Numbered from the stretch's first letter, positions 10,518 to 19,256 are shown. The stretch: DNA of 36,851 nucleotides from Edaphobacter sp. (GCA_035316475.1 DATHJA010000017.1:1-36851), one strand, 5' to 3'. Made by a program: numbers and translations. The notes: generated by a model not told the origin, from the sequence alone.

Positions 10518-11756
10518 TTAGCTGTACTTGAGCCAGCGCATGATCTCGGGCAGGTTTGGACGCTTGCCGTACATAAGAATGCCGACCCGATAGATACGGC
10601 TGGCTACCCAGAGAATCACATAGATCGTCACGATCATCAGCGCGATGGAGAGCCCTATCTCCCATGCTGGCGGCGTGGCCAGCGAGATGCGCAGGTACAT
10701 AATCAGCGGCGTGCAAAACGGGATGAATGAGATGATGCGTGCAACCGGGCCGTTGGGATTGGTGATGACCGGAGCCAGCGCGAACATGCAGCCCGCCAGC
10801 GGCATTACAAGAAACATGTTGAGCTGCTGCAGCTCCTGCTCGGAGTTGACCATGGCGCCGAGTGCGGCGGCGATGGAGGAGTAGAGCAGGTAGCCGAGCA
10901 GAAAGTAGACGACGAAGAAGATGATCTGCATCGCGCTGAGCGAGACATGCACTTTGCCGCCCGCGACCGCTCCGATCAGAGAGCTGCTGGTCAGCAGAAT
11001 CGCCGTCAGCAGCCAGACCGCAACCTGCGTAAGGCCGACCGAGCCCACCCCAATGACCTTGCCGGCCATCATCTCCTCAGGCTTGATGGTTGCCAGCAGC
11101 ACCTCGAAGACGCGGGAGGTCTTCTCTTCAATGATAGAGCGGGCGACGTTCATCCCATAGAGCAGGATGACCATGTACATCAGGAAGAAAAGCACGTAGA
11201 TGGCGACAAAGCTTGAGGTCGTATCGGCGTTCTTGCCGGCCTGCGTAGTATCGACATTTACAGGCTCCATCAAGGAGTCAACATCGCGCGAGACAAGGCC
11301 ATCATGCGAGAGGCGCTCGCGCATCAGCACGGTGCGCAGTGCCGTAGTGATGGTGTTCTTGGTGCCGAAATCCGCCGTCGAGCGCGGGGTATAGGCAAAG
11401 CTGGGCCGCTCGTTGGGCTCGGCTGCTGGAGTGATCCAGAGGTAGCCGTCGATCTGCTTGTCGGCGAGCATGGAGTCGAGCGAGGCCCGGGTTGCGCTGT
11501 TGCCCGGGGAGATGACATCGACGGTCATCCGGCTGTCTTTACCGCTCTCGAGCTCCTTCTGGAGATCGGTCGCGAGCTGCTGATCGGGAGAGACGATGGT
11601 GATGTGCGAGGTCGACTTCGCCTTTCCACCCGCGATGACGGAGCCCACGATGCCTCCGCCCATCAGCAGCGGAATCATCAGGGTGGAGATGAGAAAAGCC
11701 TTGGTGCGAACACGCTCCAGATACTCTCGCTTGGCGATAAGCCAGACATTACGCAT
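10518..11756 (-). CDS. ABC-2 type exporter permease (NatB/YhaP-like)
   Basis: AKREYLERVRTKAF, SIIEEKTSRVFEVLL, GKVIG, six TM helices; overlaps the ATPase gene. Confidence 0.92.
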   Translation of the reverse strand: MRNVWLIAKREYLERVRTKAFLISTLMIPLLMGGGIVGSVIAGGKAKSTSHITIVSPDQQLATDLQKELESGKDSRMTVDVISPGNSATRASLDSMLADKQIDGYLWITPAAEPNERPSFAYTPRSTADFGTKNTITTALRTVLMRERLSHDGLVSRDVDSLMEPVNVDTTQAGKNADTTSSFVAIYVLFFLMYMVILLYGMNVARSIIEEKTSRVFEVLLATIKPEEMMAGKVIGVGSVGLTQVAVWLLTAILLTSSSLIGAVAGGKVHVSLSAMQIIFFVVYFLLGYLLYSSIAAALGAMVNSEQELQQLNMFLVMPLAGCMFALAPVITNPNGPVARIISFIPFCTPLIMYLRISLATPPAWEIGLSIALMIVTIYVILWVASRIYRVGILMYGKRPNLPEIMRWLKYS

Positions 11757-12651
11757 CGACGCGGTCTCCTACGGTTTCGATAAAGATCTCTTCCAGTGTG
11801 GGCTCCATCACCTCGAACCGGGTGATGCGGGCCTTGGAGATAGCCTCTGCAAGCAAGGGCTGCGCGTCCGCGCCATCGCGGAGCTTGATCTCGGCCATGC
11901 CGTTGTAGTTTTTGGCGTTCTCTACCGAAGGATGATTCAGGAAGGAGGCGTCTCCCTCGAAGACCATCTGAATGCGGTTCTTCGGGTAGCGCGACTTGAT
12001 CTCCTGCATGGGGCCGGAGAGAACAAGATGGCCGCGATGGATGAGGCAGATCGAATCGCAAAGCTTCTCGACCTGGTCCATGCGGTGCGTCGAAAACAGT
12101 ATCGTCTTCCCCTGTTTATTCAGGTCGAGCAGGGTGTCCTGCAACAGGCCGGCATTTACCGGGTCGAGACCGCTGAAGGGCTCGTCCATGATGATGAGCT
12201 CCGGCTCGTGGAGCAGCGCCGCAATGAACTGAATCTTCTGCTGCATTCCCTTGGACAACTCTTCGGTCTTCTTGGGAATGGCCTCGGTGATCTCCATACG
12301 CTCGCACCAGGCATGGGCGCGCTTGCTGGCTGTGGTCGCGTCGAGCCCGTGCAGCTCGCCCAGGAAGATGAGCTGGTCAATCACCTTCATCTTCTTGTAC
12401 AGCCCGCGCTCTTCAGGCAGGTAGCCGACGCGATGGAGGTTCTTGCGATCGAAGGCCTGATCGAAGAGGGTGACCGAACCTGAATCCGGCACCGTCATGC
12501 CGATCATCATGCGGATCGAAGAGGTTTTGCCGGAGCCGTTGGGACCGAGCAGGCCGAACATGCTTCCCTGCTCGATGGAGAAACTCAGGCTGTCAACGGC
12601 GACCTTGGTGTCGTAGGCTTTGCGGACTTTCTCGAGTTCAACGATGGCCAT
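11749..12651 (-). CDS. ABC exporter ATP-binding protein (NatA/YhaQ-like)
   Basis: Walker A GPNGSGKT, GYLPEERGLY, signature LSKGM, Walker B IIMDEPFSGLDP. Confidence 0.95.
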   Translation of the reverse strand: MAIVELEKVRKAYDTKVAVDSLSFSIEQGSMFGLLGPNGSGKTSSIRMMIGMTVPDSGSVTLFDQAFDRKNLHRVGYLPEERGLYKKMKVIDQLIFLGELHGLDATTASKRAHAWCERMEITEAIPKKTEELSKGMQQKIQFIAALLHEPELIIMDEPFSGLDPVNAGLLQDTLLDLNKQGKTILFSTHRMDQVEKLCDSICLIHRGHLVLSGPMQEIKSRYPKNRIQMVFEGDASFLNHPSVENAKNYNGMAEIKLRDGADAQPLLAEAISKARITRFEVMEPTLEEIFIETVGDRVDA

Positions 12652-12707
12652 GGAATTCCGAGTGTTGAGTTATGGCCAGTTTAGCAGGAGCTCCCGCGTG
12701 CTTCGCT

Positions 12708-13103
12708 TTATTGCAGCTGACGGTAGATCGATTGGAGATCGAAGTTGTTCCAGGCTTCGGCAAGCTTTCCATCCTGGAGCCTGGCGAGGCACATGCCGCT
12801 GAAGGTAACCCGCTTTCCCGTTGCGGGCCAGCCCAATCCATCTCCGGTGTGCACCGCTGTCACGATGCAGCGCGCCACCGTCATATCTCCCTCGGTGACT
12901 GTCTGGGCCACATCGACATGGACATTGGAGAAGCTGGAGCGAAGCTGTTTGTGAAAGATTTTGAACGCCCATCTGCCGTCCACCTTCGAGCCATCCGGAT
13001 GCTCGAGACCGTGTGTTTCGGCGTCGGGAAGCGACATTTCATCGATGGCCTCTTCACGGCCCTTGTTCCACACTTCTTCGAACCACTTCTCCAAAAACGT
13101 CAT
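12708..13103 (-). CDS. SnoaL-like ester cyclase / NTF2-fold protein
   Basis: WFEEVWNKG, EGD.TVAR, HTG..LG.PATGKRV.F.G, GKLAEAWNNFD. Confidence 0.88.
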   Translation of the reverse strand: MTFLEKWFEEVWNKGREEAIDEMSLPDAETHGLEHPDGSKVDGRWAFKIFHKQLRSSFSNVHVDVAQTVTEGDMTVARCIVTAVHTGDGLGWPATGKRVTFSGMCLARLQDGKLAEAWNNFDLQSIYRQLQ

Positions 13104-13245
13104 GCTGCGGGATCTCCAACGAAGTCAAACGATTGTCCTGCGGGGCCCGGTCTCCTGAGAGACCTCTGAATTATAGGACTCGCAGCAGACCATCCGCCAC
13201 AGAGGTCGAAAGATTGGTGGCGGCGAAGCTTGATAGCATCGATTC

Positions 13246-15549
13246 GTGGTGGAACTCTCGACTCCAGTCAAATTTGTGAAGCGCGTAGGTGAGCGGGTGG
13301 CCGCGGCCCTGGCCCAACGCGGAGTCGAGACCGTGGAGGACCTTCTCTATCATCTGCCGTTCCGTTATGAAGACCGCCTGAATCCGCTGCCGATCCGCGA
13401 GCTGAAGGCTGGCGCGATGGCTTCGATCGTCGGCGAGGTGCGTGGCTCAGTTTTGCTGCGCACCAGGTCAATGCCGATCTTCGAGATGACCGTCGGTCAG
13501 GGTCTAGACAGCGTGAAGTGCATGTGGTTCCACGGCTCATACCTGAAGGACAAGTTTCACGCAGGACAGATGGTCGCTCTTTACGGAAAGCTTGAGGCCT
13601 CGCGATCGACCGCTGGCAAATTCAAGATGATCCAGCCCCAGTTCGAGATCCTGCCCGCGCTGGATTCGCCCGAGGCAGAGTTCGTCTCGCTTGAGGTAGG
13701 GCGCATCGTCCCTGTGTATGAGTTTCTGGGCGGAACGACAGCCTGGGGGGCAAAGCTCACCTCGCGCTGGCTGCGGCGAGTGGTCTGGACTCTGCTCGAG
13801 GAGCTACGTGAGGGCGAGCCTCTTGTTCCAGAGACGTTGCCCGCGGGGTTGCTGGAGCGCTTGAAGCTTCCGGGAAGGCTTGAGGCTCTTCGCACAGTCC
13901 ACTTTCCCGAAGCGGGCACGCCGATTCCAGAGCTGATGTCAGCGACGACTCCAGGCCACCGGCGCTTGATCTTCGAGGAGCTGTTTTATCTGGAGTTGGG
14001 GCTCGAGCTAAAGCGCCGGCGCCTGCGTGAGCGCGAGGGAATCACCTTCGTGACGGGCGAGAATGTGCGCAAGGCGCTCAAACAGATTCTTCCCTTTCAC
14101 CCAACAACGGCGCAGAAACGCGTGCTGGGAGAGATCGCCGCGGATATGCGCAGGCCGCAGCCGATGCGAAGGCTGCTGCAGGGCGACGTGGGCTCGGGCA
14201 AGACGATCGTCGCCATGCAGGCGGCGCTGATTGCGATTGAGAACGGCTGCCAGGCGGCCCTGATGGCTCCCACCGAGATCCTCGCCACGCAGCACTATCT
14301 TTCGGCGCGCAAGCTTCTGGCTGATGCTATCTCGCCGCGTACGGGACGGCCCTATCGCGTGACTTTGCTGACGGGCTCGCTCGATGAAGCGGCCAAGCGC
14401 GAGGCGCGAGGAAGGATCTATCGCGGTGAGGCCGATCTTGCCATTGGAACGCACGCGCTGATCGAGGAGAAGGTCGACTTCGACAATCTCGGCCTTGTGA
14501 TCGTCGACGAGCAGCATCGCTTCGGCGTGCAGCAACGCTTCCGGTTGATGAAGAAGCCGGGACCGGATGGAAGATCGGCGGAACCGGATGTCCTGGTAAT
14601 GACCGCGACGCCGATTCCGAGAACGCTGGCACTGACGCTCTACGGCGATCTGGAGACAAGCGTGATCGATGAACTTCCACCGGGTCGAACCCCTATCGTG
14701 ACGCGGCGAACCACCGAGGAGCGCGCCGGGGATGTCTGGGACTTTGTGCGCAAACAAGTGGCCTCAGGAAGACAGGCCTACATCGTCTACCCGGTGATCG
14801 AAGGCGCAAAAGACGACCAGCCGGAGCTGGACTTCGCGCACGACGAGACTGCCCAGGAACTCCAAGAACCAGAGACCAGTGCGAAGGCTGCGAAGAAGAA
14901 AAAGGCTGCAAAGACGGAGAAGCTCTTCCCGAAAAAGCCGTTGCGCGCGGCAAGCGATATGTATGAGGAGCTTCGGGCCGGGGCGCTCGCCGGACTGCGG
15001 CTCGGACTGCTGCACGGGCGGCTGAGCGCCGACGACAAGGAAGTCGTCATGCGGCGCTTTCAGCGTGGCGAGATCGATGTCCTGATCGCAACCACTGTCA
15101 TTGAAGTCGGCGTCGATGTTCCCAACGCCACGGTCATGGTGATCGAGCACGCAGAGCGCTTCGGTCTGGCCCAGATGCATCAGTTGCGGGGACGCGTGGG
15201 CCGCGGCTCCGCGAAGAGCTACTGCATCCTGATGACTGGCGGAAGAGTGAGCGAGCAGGCTGAGGCCCGGCTGGACGCAATGGTCGCGACGCAGAATGGG
15301 TTCGAGCTCGCCGAGTTGGATCTGGAGCAGCGCGGTCCGGGCGAGTTCTTCGGAACACGTCAGGCCGGCATGCCCGAGTTTCGCGTCGCCAATCTGATCC
15401 GCGACCGAAAGGTGCTGGAGCAGGCCAAGGTTGAGGCGGCGCGCTTTGTCGAAAGGCCCGACCCAGCCCTGACCGCGGAAGAACGCGATCAGGTGTGGGC
15501 AAGGCTCAAGCAGCAATGGCAGCGCCGCTATGGTCTGGTGGAAGCGTAG
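13246..15549 (+). CDS. recG: ATP-dependent DNA helicase RecG
   Basis: LPFRYEDR, RLLQGDVGSGKT, APTEILATQH, DEQHRFGV, MTATPIPRTL, HQLRGRVGRG, RGPGEFFGTRQAG. Confidence 0.99.
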   Translation: MVELSTPVKFVKRVGERVAAALAQRGVETVEDLLYHLPFRYEDRLNPLPIRELKAGAMASIVGEVRGSVLLRTRSMPIFEMTVGQGLDSVKCMWFHGSYLKDKFHAGQMVALYGKLEASRSTAGKFKMIQPQFEILPALDSPEAEFVSLEVGRIVPVYEFLGGTTAWGAKLTSRWLRRVVWTLLEELREGEPLVPETLPAGLLERLKLPGRLEALRTVHFPEAGTPIPELMSATTPGHRRLIFEELFYLELGLELKRRRLREREGITFVTGENVRKALKQILPFHPTTAQKRVLGEIAADMRRPQPMRRLLQGDVGSGKTIVAMQAALIAIENGCQAALMAPTEILATQHYLSARKLLADAISPRTGRPYRVTLLTGSLDEAAKREARGRIYRGEADLAIGTHALIEEKVDFDNLGLVIVDEQHRFGVQQRFRLMKKPGPDGRSAEPDVLVMTATPIPRTLALTLYGDLETSVIDELPPGRTPIVTRRTTEERAGDVWDFVRKQVASGRQAYIVYPVIEGAKDDQPELDFAHDETAQELQEPETSAKAAKKKKAAKTEKLFPKKPLRAASDMYEELRAGALAGLRLGLLHGRLSADDKEVVMRRFQRGEIDVLIATTVIEVGVDVPNATVMVIEHAERFGLAQMHQLRGRVGRGSAKSYCILMTGGRVSEQAEARLDAMVATQNGFELAELDLEQRGPGEFFGTRQAGMPEFRVANLIRDRKVLEQAKVEAARFVERPDPALTAEERDQVWARLKQQWQRRYGLVEA

Positions 15550-15569
15550 CGGTCTGGTGGAAGCGTAGC
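15532..15569 (+). repeat. Perfect 19-bp tandem duplication of the recG 3' end
   Basis: GGTCTGGTGGAAGCGTAGC occurs at 15532-15550 and 15551-15569. Confidence 0.95.
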
Positions 15570-15632
15570 GAAGGAGGCCGGGTCGGAACAGGAGTGCTAG
15601 CTCTGTTTTCGCCTGCCCGGCCTCTCGAACCG

Positions 15633-16064
15633 TCAGGAGGCGATGGCGGGGTCGAATTCCACGCGCGACGGCGCGAAGGATTTCTTAGGACCACGCTTCC
15701 GGGCGACGAGCACGCGAATACGCTCGATCATCTCGGCCGGAGAGTTGGCGCCTTTGGGGAGAAACACATCGGCACAGCAGGCACGGTCGCCGGAACCAGA
15801 GGTGCCGGAGACGATCATGGCGGGCAGTGCGGGCTGGAGCTGCTTGGCACGGCGAACAAGCTCATTGCCATCCATCTGGGGCATGTTGAGGCCACTGAGC
15901 AGAAGATCGAGCGAGCCCGGCATCGATTGCTCGACCACCTCGAGCGCGTGCTGTGGGGAGAGAGCCGGAATCACGCGATAGCCGCGAGTCTCCAGCAGGA
16001 AGGTTCGTACAGAAAGAGCTTGTTCGTTGTCATCTACGCAAAGAATCGTCTTCTTAGGCCGCAA
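15633..16064 (-). CDS. Single-domain response regulator with phospho-acceptor Asp replaced by Gly
   Basis: From TTG 16064: RPKKTILCVDDNE...DLLLSGLNMPQMDG...IVSG...FLPKG...ARKRGPKK; the upstream 135 codons in the ORF track do not look protein-like. Confidence 0.85.
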   Translation of the reverse strand: MRPKKTILCVDDNEQALSVRTFLLETRGYRVIPALSPQHALEVVEQSMPGSLDLLLSGLNMPQMDGNELVRRAKQLQPALPAMIVSGTSGSGDRACCADVFLPKGANSPAEMIERIRVLVARKRGPKKSFAPSRVEFDPAIAS

Positions 16065-16720
16065 GGCAGTCTCGTTTTCTGCCGGCGCGGCCGTAACGGC
16101 GGCTCCGGCGGATGGACCGGGCGAGCGGATCGGCTGGTTTGCGGTCCGCGCTCCCGGATGGTTCACGCTTCCCCGCCAGTCCGACCGAGACGTCTCAGAG
16201 AAACGATGGGTCATCCGCTCCTGAGAGGAGCAGACGGAAGAAACAAAGTTCTCCCGTCTGCTCCATTGAAGGAACAGTGCCACCGTCCGAGGCGCATGGC
16301 CGGACCGCGGGGTGAGAGAGAAGCTCATGGGAACAGGTTGCCATGCGAGGCTTCGTCGAAATGCAATCAATCGGTCTGCGGGATGGCCGTATTCTGCGGC
16401 GCCAGGAAAAAAGGCGGCTCGCAGCCGGCTGCGTTGCAGGCAGCGATGGTGCGTTTCGAAGACTCGCAACTGTTCGGCAGTCGAGCGTCTCTCAACTCAG
16501 GTTGTCAGTAGTACAGGGCGAAAGACTCATCAGCAATGTGCCGCACGTTGCATGCGGGAACATCGTTAACGCTTGCCAAGAGTATGAAGAGATAACCGCC
16601 AGCGCAACGGCGAAGCTAGAGCGAAAAGCGGTCCGTTTAGGTCTTGCGCATCCACCGCGCTGTGAATTAGCCGCGAATTTATTGACGATTCACAGGACCG
16701 CCCTGTTGAAATTAAGTGCA

Positions 16721-17659
16721 TCACGGCAGGAAAAAGCGTCCCGTTGCAACAGGAATGGTGCGCCCACCAACGAACACTTCCGAAACTTTGCCTCCGTCGA
16801 GCTTCGCCGAGAGGTAAAGACGGCTCGGACGGCGCATCTCAACTCCCTGCTCGAAGACGACGGTCTTTCCGCTCACAGCGCGTCCATGCCGCACCAGCCA
16901 TGCAATCGCCGGACCAGCGGCCGATCCGGTAGCCGGGTCTTCTCCGCTGTAGAACTGCATGCGTGCGTGCCAGTCCACCCCCTCGCGGCCCTCGGCGGGC
17001 GTCACGAAATAAAAGAACTTCGCGCCATGCCGCTCAAGATAGTTCTGCACAGCTGCGTTCCGGGGGACAGCTAGCGTTCGCGCCACCTCCATCGAGCGGA
17101 GCGGGACCATGCAGAAGGGGTTCCCGGTGCTGACGGTCTGGACCGGAAGACTGGCGTCGATGTCCTCCAACGCGAAGCCGAGCGCCCCCACCAGCTCCGC
17201 GCGATCCTGCGGTGGCCCAAAGACCGGATCATTCTGCCGCATAGTTCCGAAGATCCCCTGCTCGCCCTGCTGCGGGGCCGTGAAGCGGACGGGGATCGTA
17301 CCGACCGCAAGGTCCAGCGCGATGGTCTCCTCGCCCCGCAGGAGAGGGTGGTTCCAGTAGAGCCAGCTTGCCGTCCCGAGCGTGGGATGCCCGGCGAAGG
17401 GAAGCTCCTCCTCGGTGGTGAAGATGCGAACCTGGACGCCGCGCTCGCGCTCGATCTCCGGCGAGCGCGGAAAGAGGAAGGTCGTCTCCGAAAGGTTGGT
17501 CTCGCGCGCGATCGCCTGCATCTCCGAGTCCCCAAGGCCGCGCGCGTCGGTAAAGATGGCCAGCTGGTTTCCCTCAAGCGGAGCCTCGGCGAAGACGTCG
17601 ACCAGAGCGTAATCGAAGGCTACGTGCGCGGTCGCGGGCGGCAATGGCGGAGTTGACAT
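16721..17659 (-). CDS. PhzF-family isomerase/epimerase
   Basis: [55 protein letters not shown]. Confidence 0.95.
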   Translation of the reverse strand: MSTPPLPPATAHVAFDYALVDVFAEAPLEGNQLAIFTDARGLGDSEMQAIARETNLSETTFLFPRSPEIERERGVQVRIFTTEEELPFAGHPTLGTASWLYWNHPLLRGEETIALDLAVGTIPVRFTAPQQGEQGIFGTMRQNDPVFGPPQDRAELVGALGFALEDIDASLPVQTVSTGNPFCMVPLRSMEVARTLAVPRNAAVQNYLERHGAKFFYFVTPAEGREGVDWHARMQFYSGEDPATGSAAGPAIAWLVRHGRAVSGKTVVFEQGVEMRRPSRLYLSAKLDGGKVSEVFVGGRTIPVATGRFFLP

Positions 17660-17755
17660 GATAGTTCCCCAAGTCTATGGTTTGGTTAGACCGCAATCAG
17701 GCCAACCTGCCTGATGCTAGCTGAGCTAGCCGCGGTACGAAAGATTTGACGCCAA

Positions 17756-17824
17756 ATGACGATGACGCCCAACACGGCCCCGATGCTCTGCTGCTGTCGC
17801 AGCGTGGCTCGGGTGTGCCGGTGA
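17756..17824 (+). CDS. Putative Cys-rich leader peptide (22 aa, MTMTPNTAPMLCCCRSVARVCR)
   Basis: ATG 17756 to TGA 17822-24; TGC TGC TGT at 17789-17797 plus TGC 17816; alternative ATGs at 17762 and 17783; no strong SD. Confidence 0.7.
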   Translation: MTMTPNTAPMLCCCRSVARVCR

Positions 17825-17860
17825 GCGAATCGAAGTAAAGCGTCTTCGAGTAGCGCAACG

Positions 17861-17895
17861 ACCCACCCCAAGCCACCGCGCCGGGTGGGTTTTCT
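17861..17895 (+). terminator. Intrinsic terminator / attenuator upstream of the peroxiredoxin
   Basis: Stem ACCCACCC (17861-68) / GGGTGGGT (17883-90) followed by TTTCT; its 5' arm and loop can instead pair with 17802-17815. Confidence 0.7.
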
Positions 17896-17955
17896 GTCTC
17901 GGGCCCGCTGGCAAAATCTAAACTTGGGGCAGACGCCCCGGAAGGTAGAACGAAG

Positions 17956-18612
17956 ATGTCACTGCGTATCAATGATGTAGCTCCAGACTTTACCGCCGAA
18001 ACGACCCATGGCACCATTCGCTTTCACGAGTGGATTGGCGATAACTGGGCCGTTCTGTTCTCGCACCCCAAGGACTTTACGCCGGTGTGCACCACCGAGC
18101 TGGGCGCGGTCGGGTCGCTCGAGCAGCAGTTTGCCGCACGCGGAGCGAAGGTGATCGGCCTGAGCGTCGACCCGGTGGAGAACCATGGCAAGTGGGCCAA
18201 GGACATCGAAGAGGTCACAGGCTCGCCGGTGAACTTCCCGGTTATCGGCGATACGGAGCTCAAGGTTGCCAAGCTGTATGACATGCTCCCCGGCGACGCC
18301 GGCGACAGCTGCGAGGGCCGCACGCCCGCCGATAACGCTACCGTCCGCATGGTGTTCGTGGTCGGCCCCGACAAGCGCATCAAGCTGACCCTGGCCTATC
18401 CGATGACGACCGGGCGGAACTTCGACGAGATCATCCGTGTGCTGGACTCCATGCAGCTGACCGCAAAGCACAAGGTGGCGACGCCGGCCAACTGGAAACC
18501 GGGCGAGGACGTCATCATCACCGGTGCTGTCTCGAACGAAGACGCCGACAAGATCTTCCCCGGCTACAAGACCGTGAAGCCGTATCTGCGTACAACGGCA
18601 CAGCCGAAGTAA
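17956..18612 (+). CDS. 1-Cys peroxiredoxin (Prx6 / LsfA-like)
   Basis: LFSHPKDFTPVCTTELG, YPMTTGRNFDE, VATPANWKPG, PYLR. Confidence 0.97.
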   Translation: MSLRINDVAPDFTAETTHGTIRFHEWIGDNWAVLFSHPKDFTPVCTTELGAVGSLEQQFAARGAKVIGLSVDPVENHGKWAKDIEEVTGSPVNFPVIGDTELKVAKLYDMLPGDAGDSCEGRTPADNATVRMVFVVGPDKRIKLTLAYPMTTGRNFDEIIRVLDSMQLTAKHKVATPANWKPGEDVIITGAVSNEDADKIFPGYKTVKPYLRTTAQPK

Positions 18613-18666
18613 GGTAATCTGTTCTGCATCCCCCTCCGCCGTGCCGCTTGTGCGGCGGAGAGAAGA

Positions 18667-18742
18667 GCACCGATGGCGAAGTGGCTAACGCGCTGGTCTG
18701 CAAAACCAGTATTCGCGGGTTCAATTCCCGCTCGGTGCTCCA
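18667..18742 (+). tRNA. tRNA-Cys(GCA)
   Basis: Cloverleaf: acceptor GCACCGA/TCGGTGC, anticodon arm CTGGT-CTGCAAA-ACCAG, T arm GCGGG-TTCAATT-CCCGC, discriminator U, encoded CCA; 76 nt. Confidence 0.97.
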
Positions 18743-18845
18743 AATCCTCCTCCCAAGACGTCCGAAGAAGTCCGAGACCCCTCGAAAATAGAATAGATAT
18801 AGTAGTTTATTATCCGCTGCCGCTTGGTCGCGTCCGTTGACATCC

Positions 18846-18902
18846 GGGGCAAGTAGGGGCAACATTAGGGGCAAGTGGGGCATTTTAAAAATCAGATGCC
18901 CC
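18846..18902. repeat. Putative integrase arm-binding repeats, tRNA-proximal end
   Basis: GGGGCA at 18846, 18856, 18868 and 18877, inverted TGCCCC at 18897; matched by GGGGGCAA x2 at 21511 and 21523. Confidence 0.7.
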
Positions 18903-18924
18903 CAGCAAGGAGAAGCTGCCTAGG

Positions 18925-19089
18925 ATGCCTCTTACCGATACTGCTATCCGCAACGCCAAGCCCGGAGACAAGCCAATCCGTCTTTCCGACGGTGGCATGC
19001 AAGTCATCGAGCTTCGGCGGGTTTGGCCAGTCCTCGATTACGAGCCCACCGGCCCGTACTGGGACCTAACCTTTGTGTCAAAGAGTTAG
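18925..19089 (+). pseudogene. Truncated P4-like integrase (arm-binding N-terminus only)
   Basis: MPLTDTAIRNAKPGDKPIRLSDGG is the typical P4-family integrase N-terminus; similarity ends after ~24 codons and the ORF stops at 19089. Confidence 0.85.
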
Positions 19090-19256
19090 CGGCCAGCTGC
19101 ATCGAGACGCTGGCAGTGGGAGCAGAGAATGCGGCCGAGACCAGTCCCCCACTTAAAGTAGTAAGCTTCGATGTTGTTGCCTTCTGTACAGGCGTTGTTG
19201 TCGTGGTACTTGGTTTCTCCGGGGCGGGTTGAGTGCCATGGTTGAATACGAGCCAT
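19086..19256 (-). CDS. 56-aa Cys/His-containing small protein, possibly metal-binding
   Basis: AAGGAG SD then MARIQPWHSTRPGETKYHDNNACTEGNNIEAYYFKWGTGLGRILCSHCQRLDAAGR; below the ORF-track length cut-off. Confidence 0.75.
   Translation of the reverse strand: MARIQPWHSTRPGETKYHDNNACTEGNNIEAYYFKWGTGLGRILCSHCQRLDAAGR

Noticed and set aside
15532-15569. Possible CRISPR repeat
   Set aside because: Two abutting copies with no spacer and no cas genes
16065-16469. 135-aa N-terminal extension of the receiver ORF in the track
   Set aside because: Low-complexity Arg/Ser/Pro text with no domain pattern; receiver similarity starts at TTG 16064
16450-16535. Hammerhead-like CTGATGA ... GAAAC on the minus strand
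   Set aside because: No stem II closes between the two core segments and no consistent stems I/III were found
16721-17659. Phenazine or polyketide biosynthetic cluster suggested by phzF-like and SnoaL-like genes
   Set aside because: Both are stand-alone members of widespread families with no other biosynthetic genes nearby
17700-17900. SAM or T-box riboswitch as an explanation for the peroxiredoxin leader
   Set aside because: No SAM-I/II/IV core or T-box AGGGTGGNACCGCG bulge recognised; the Cys-codon ORF explains the structure better, though an Rfam scan would be needed to exclude them
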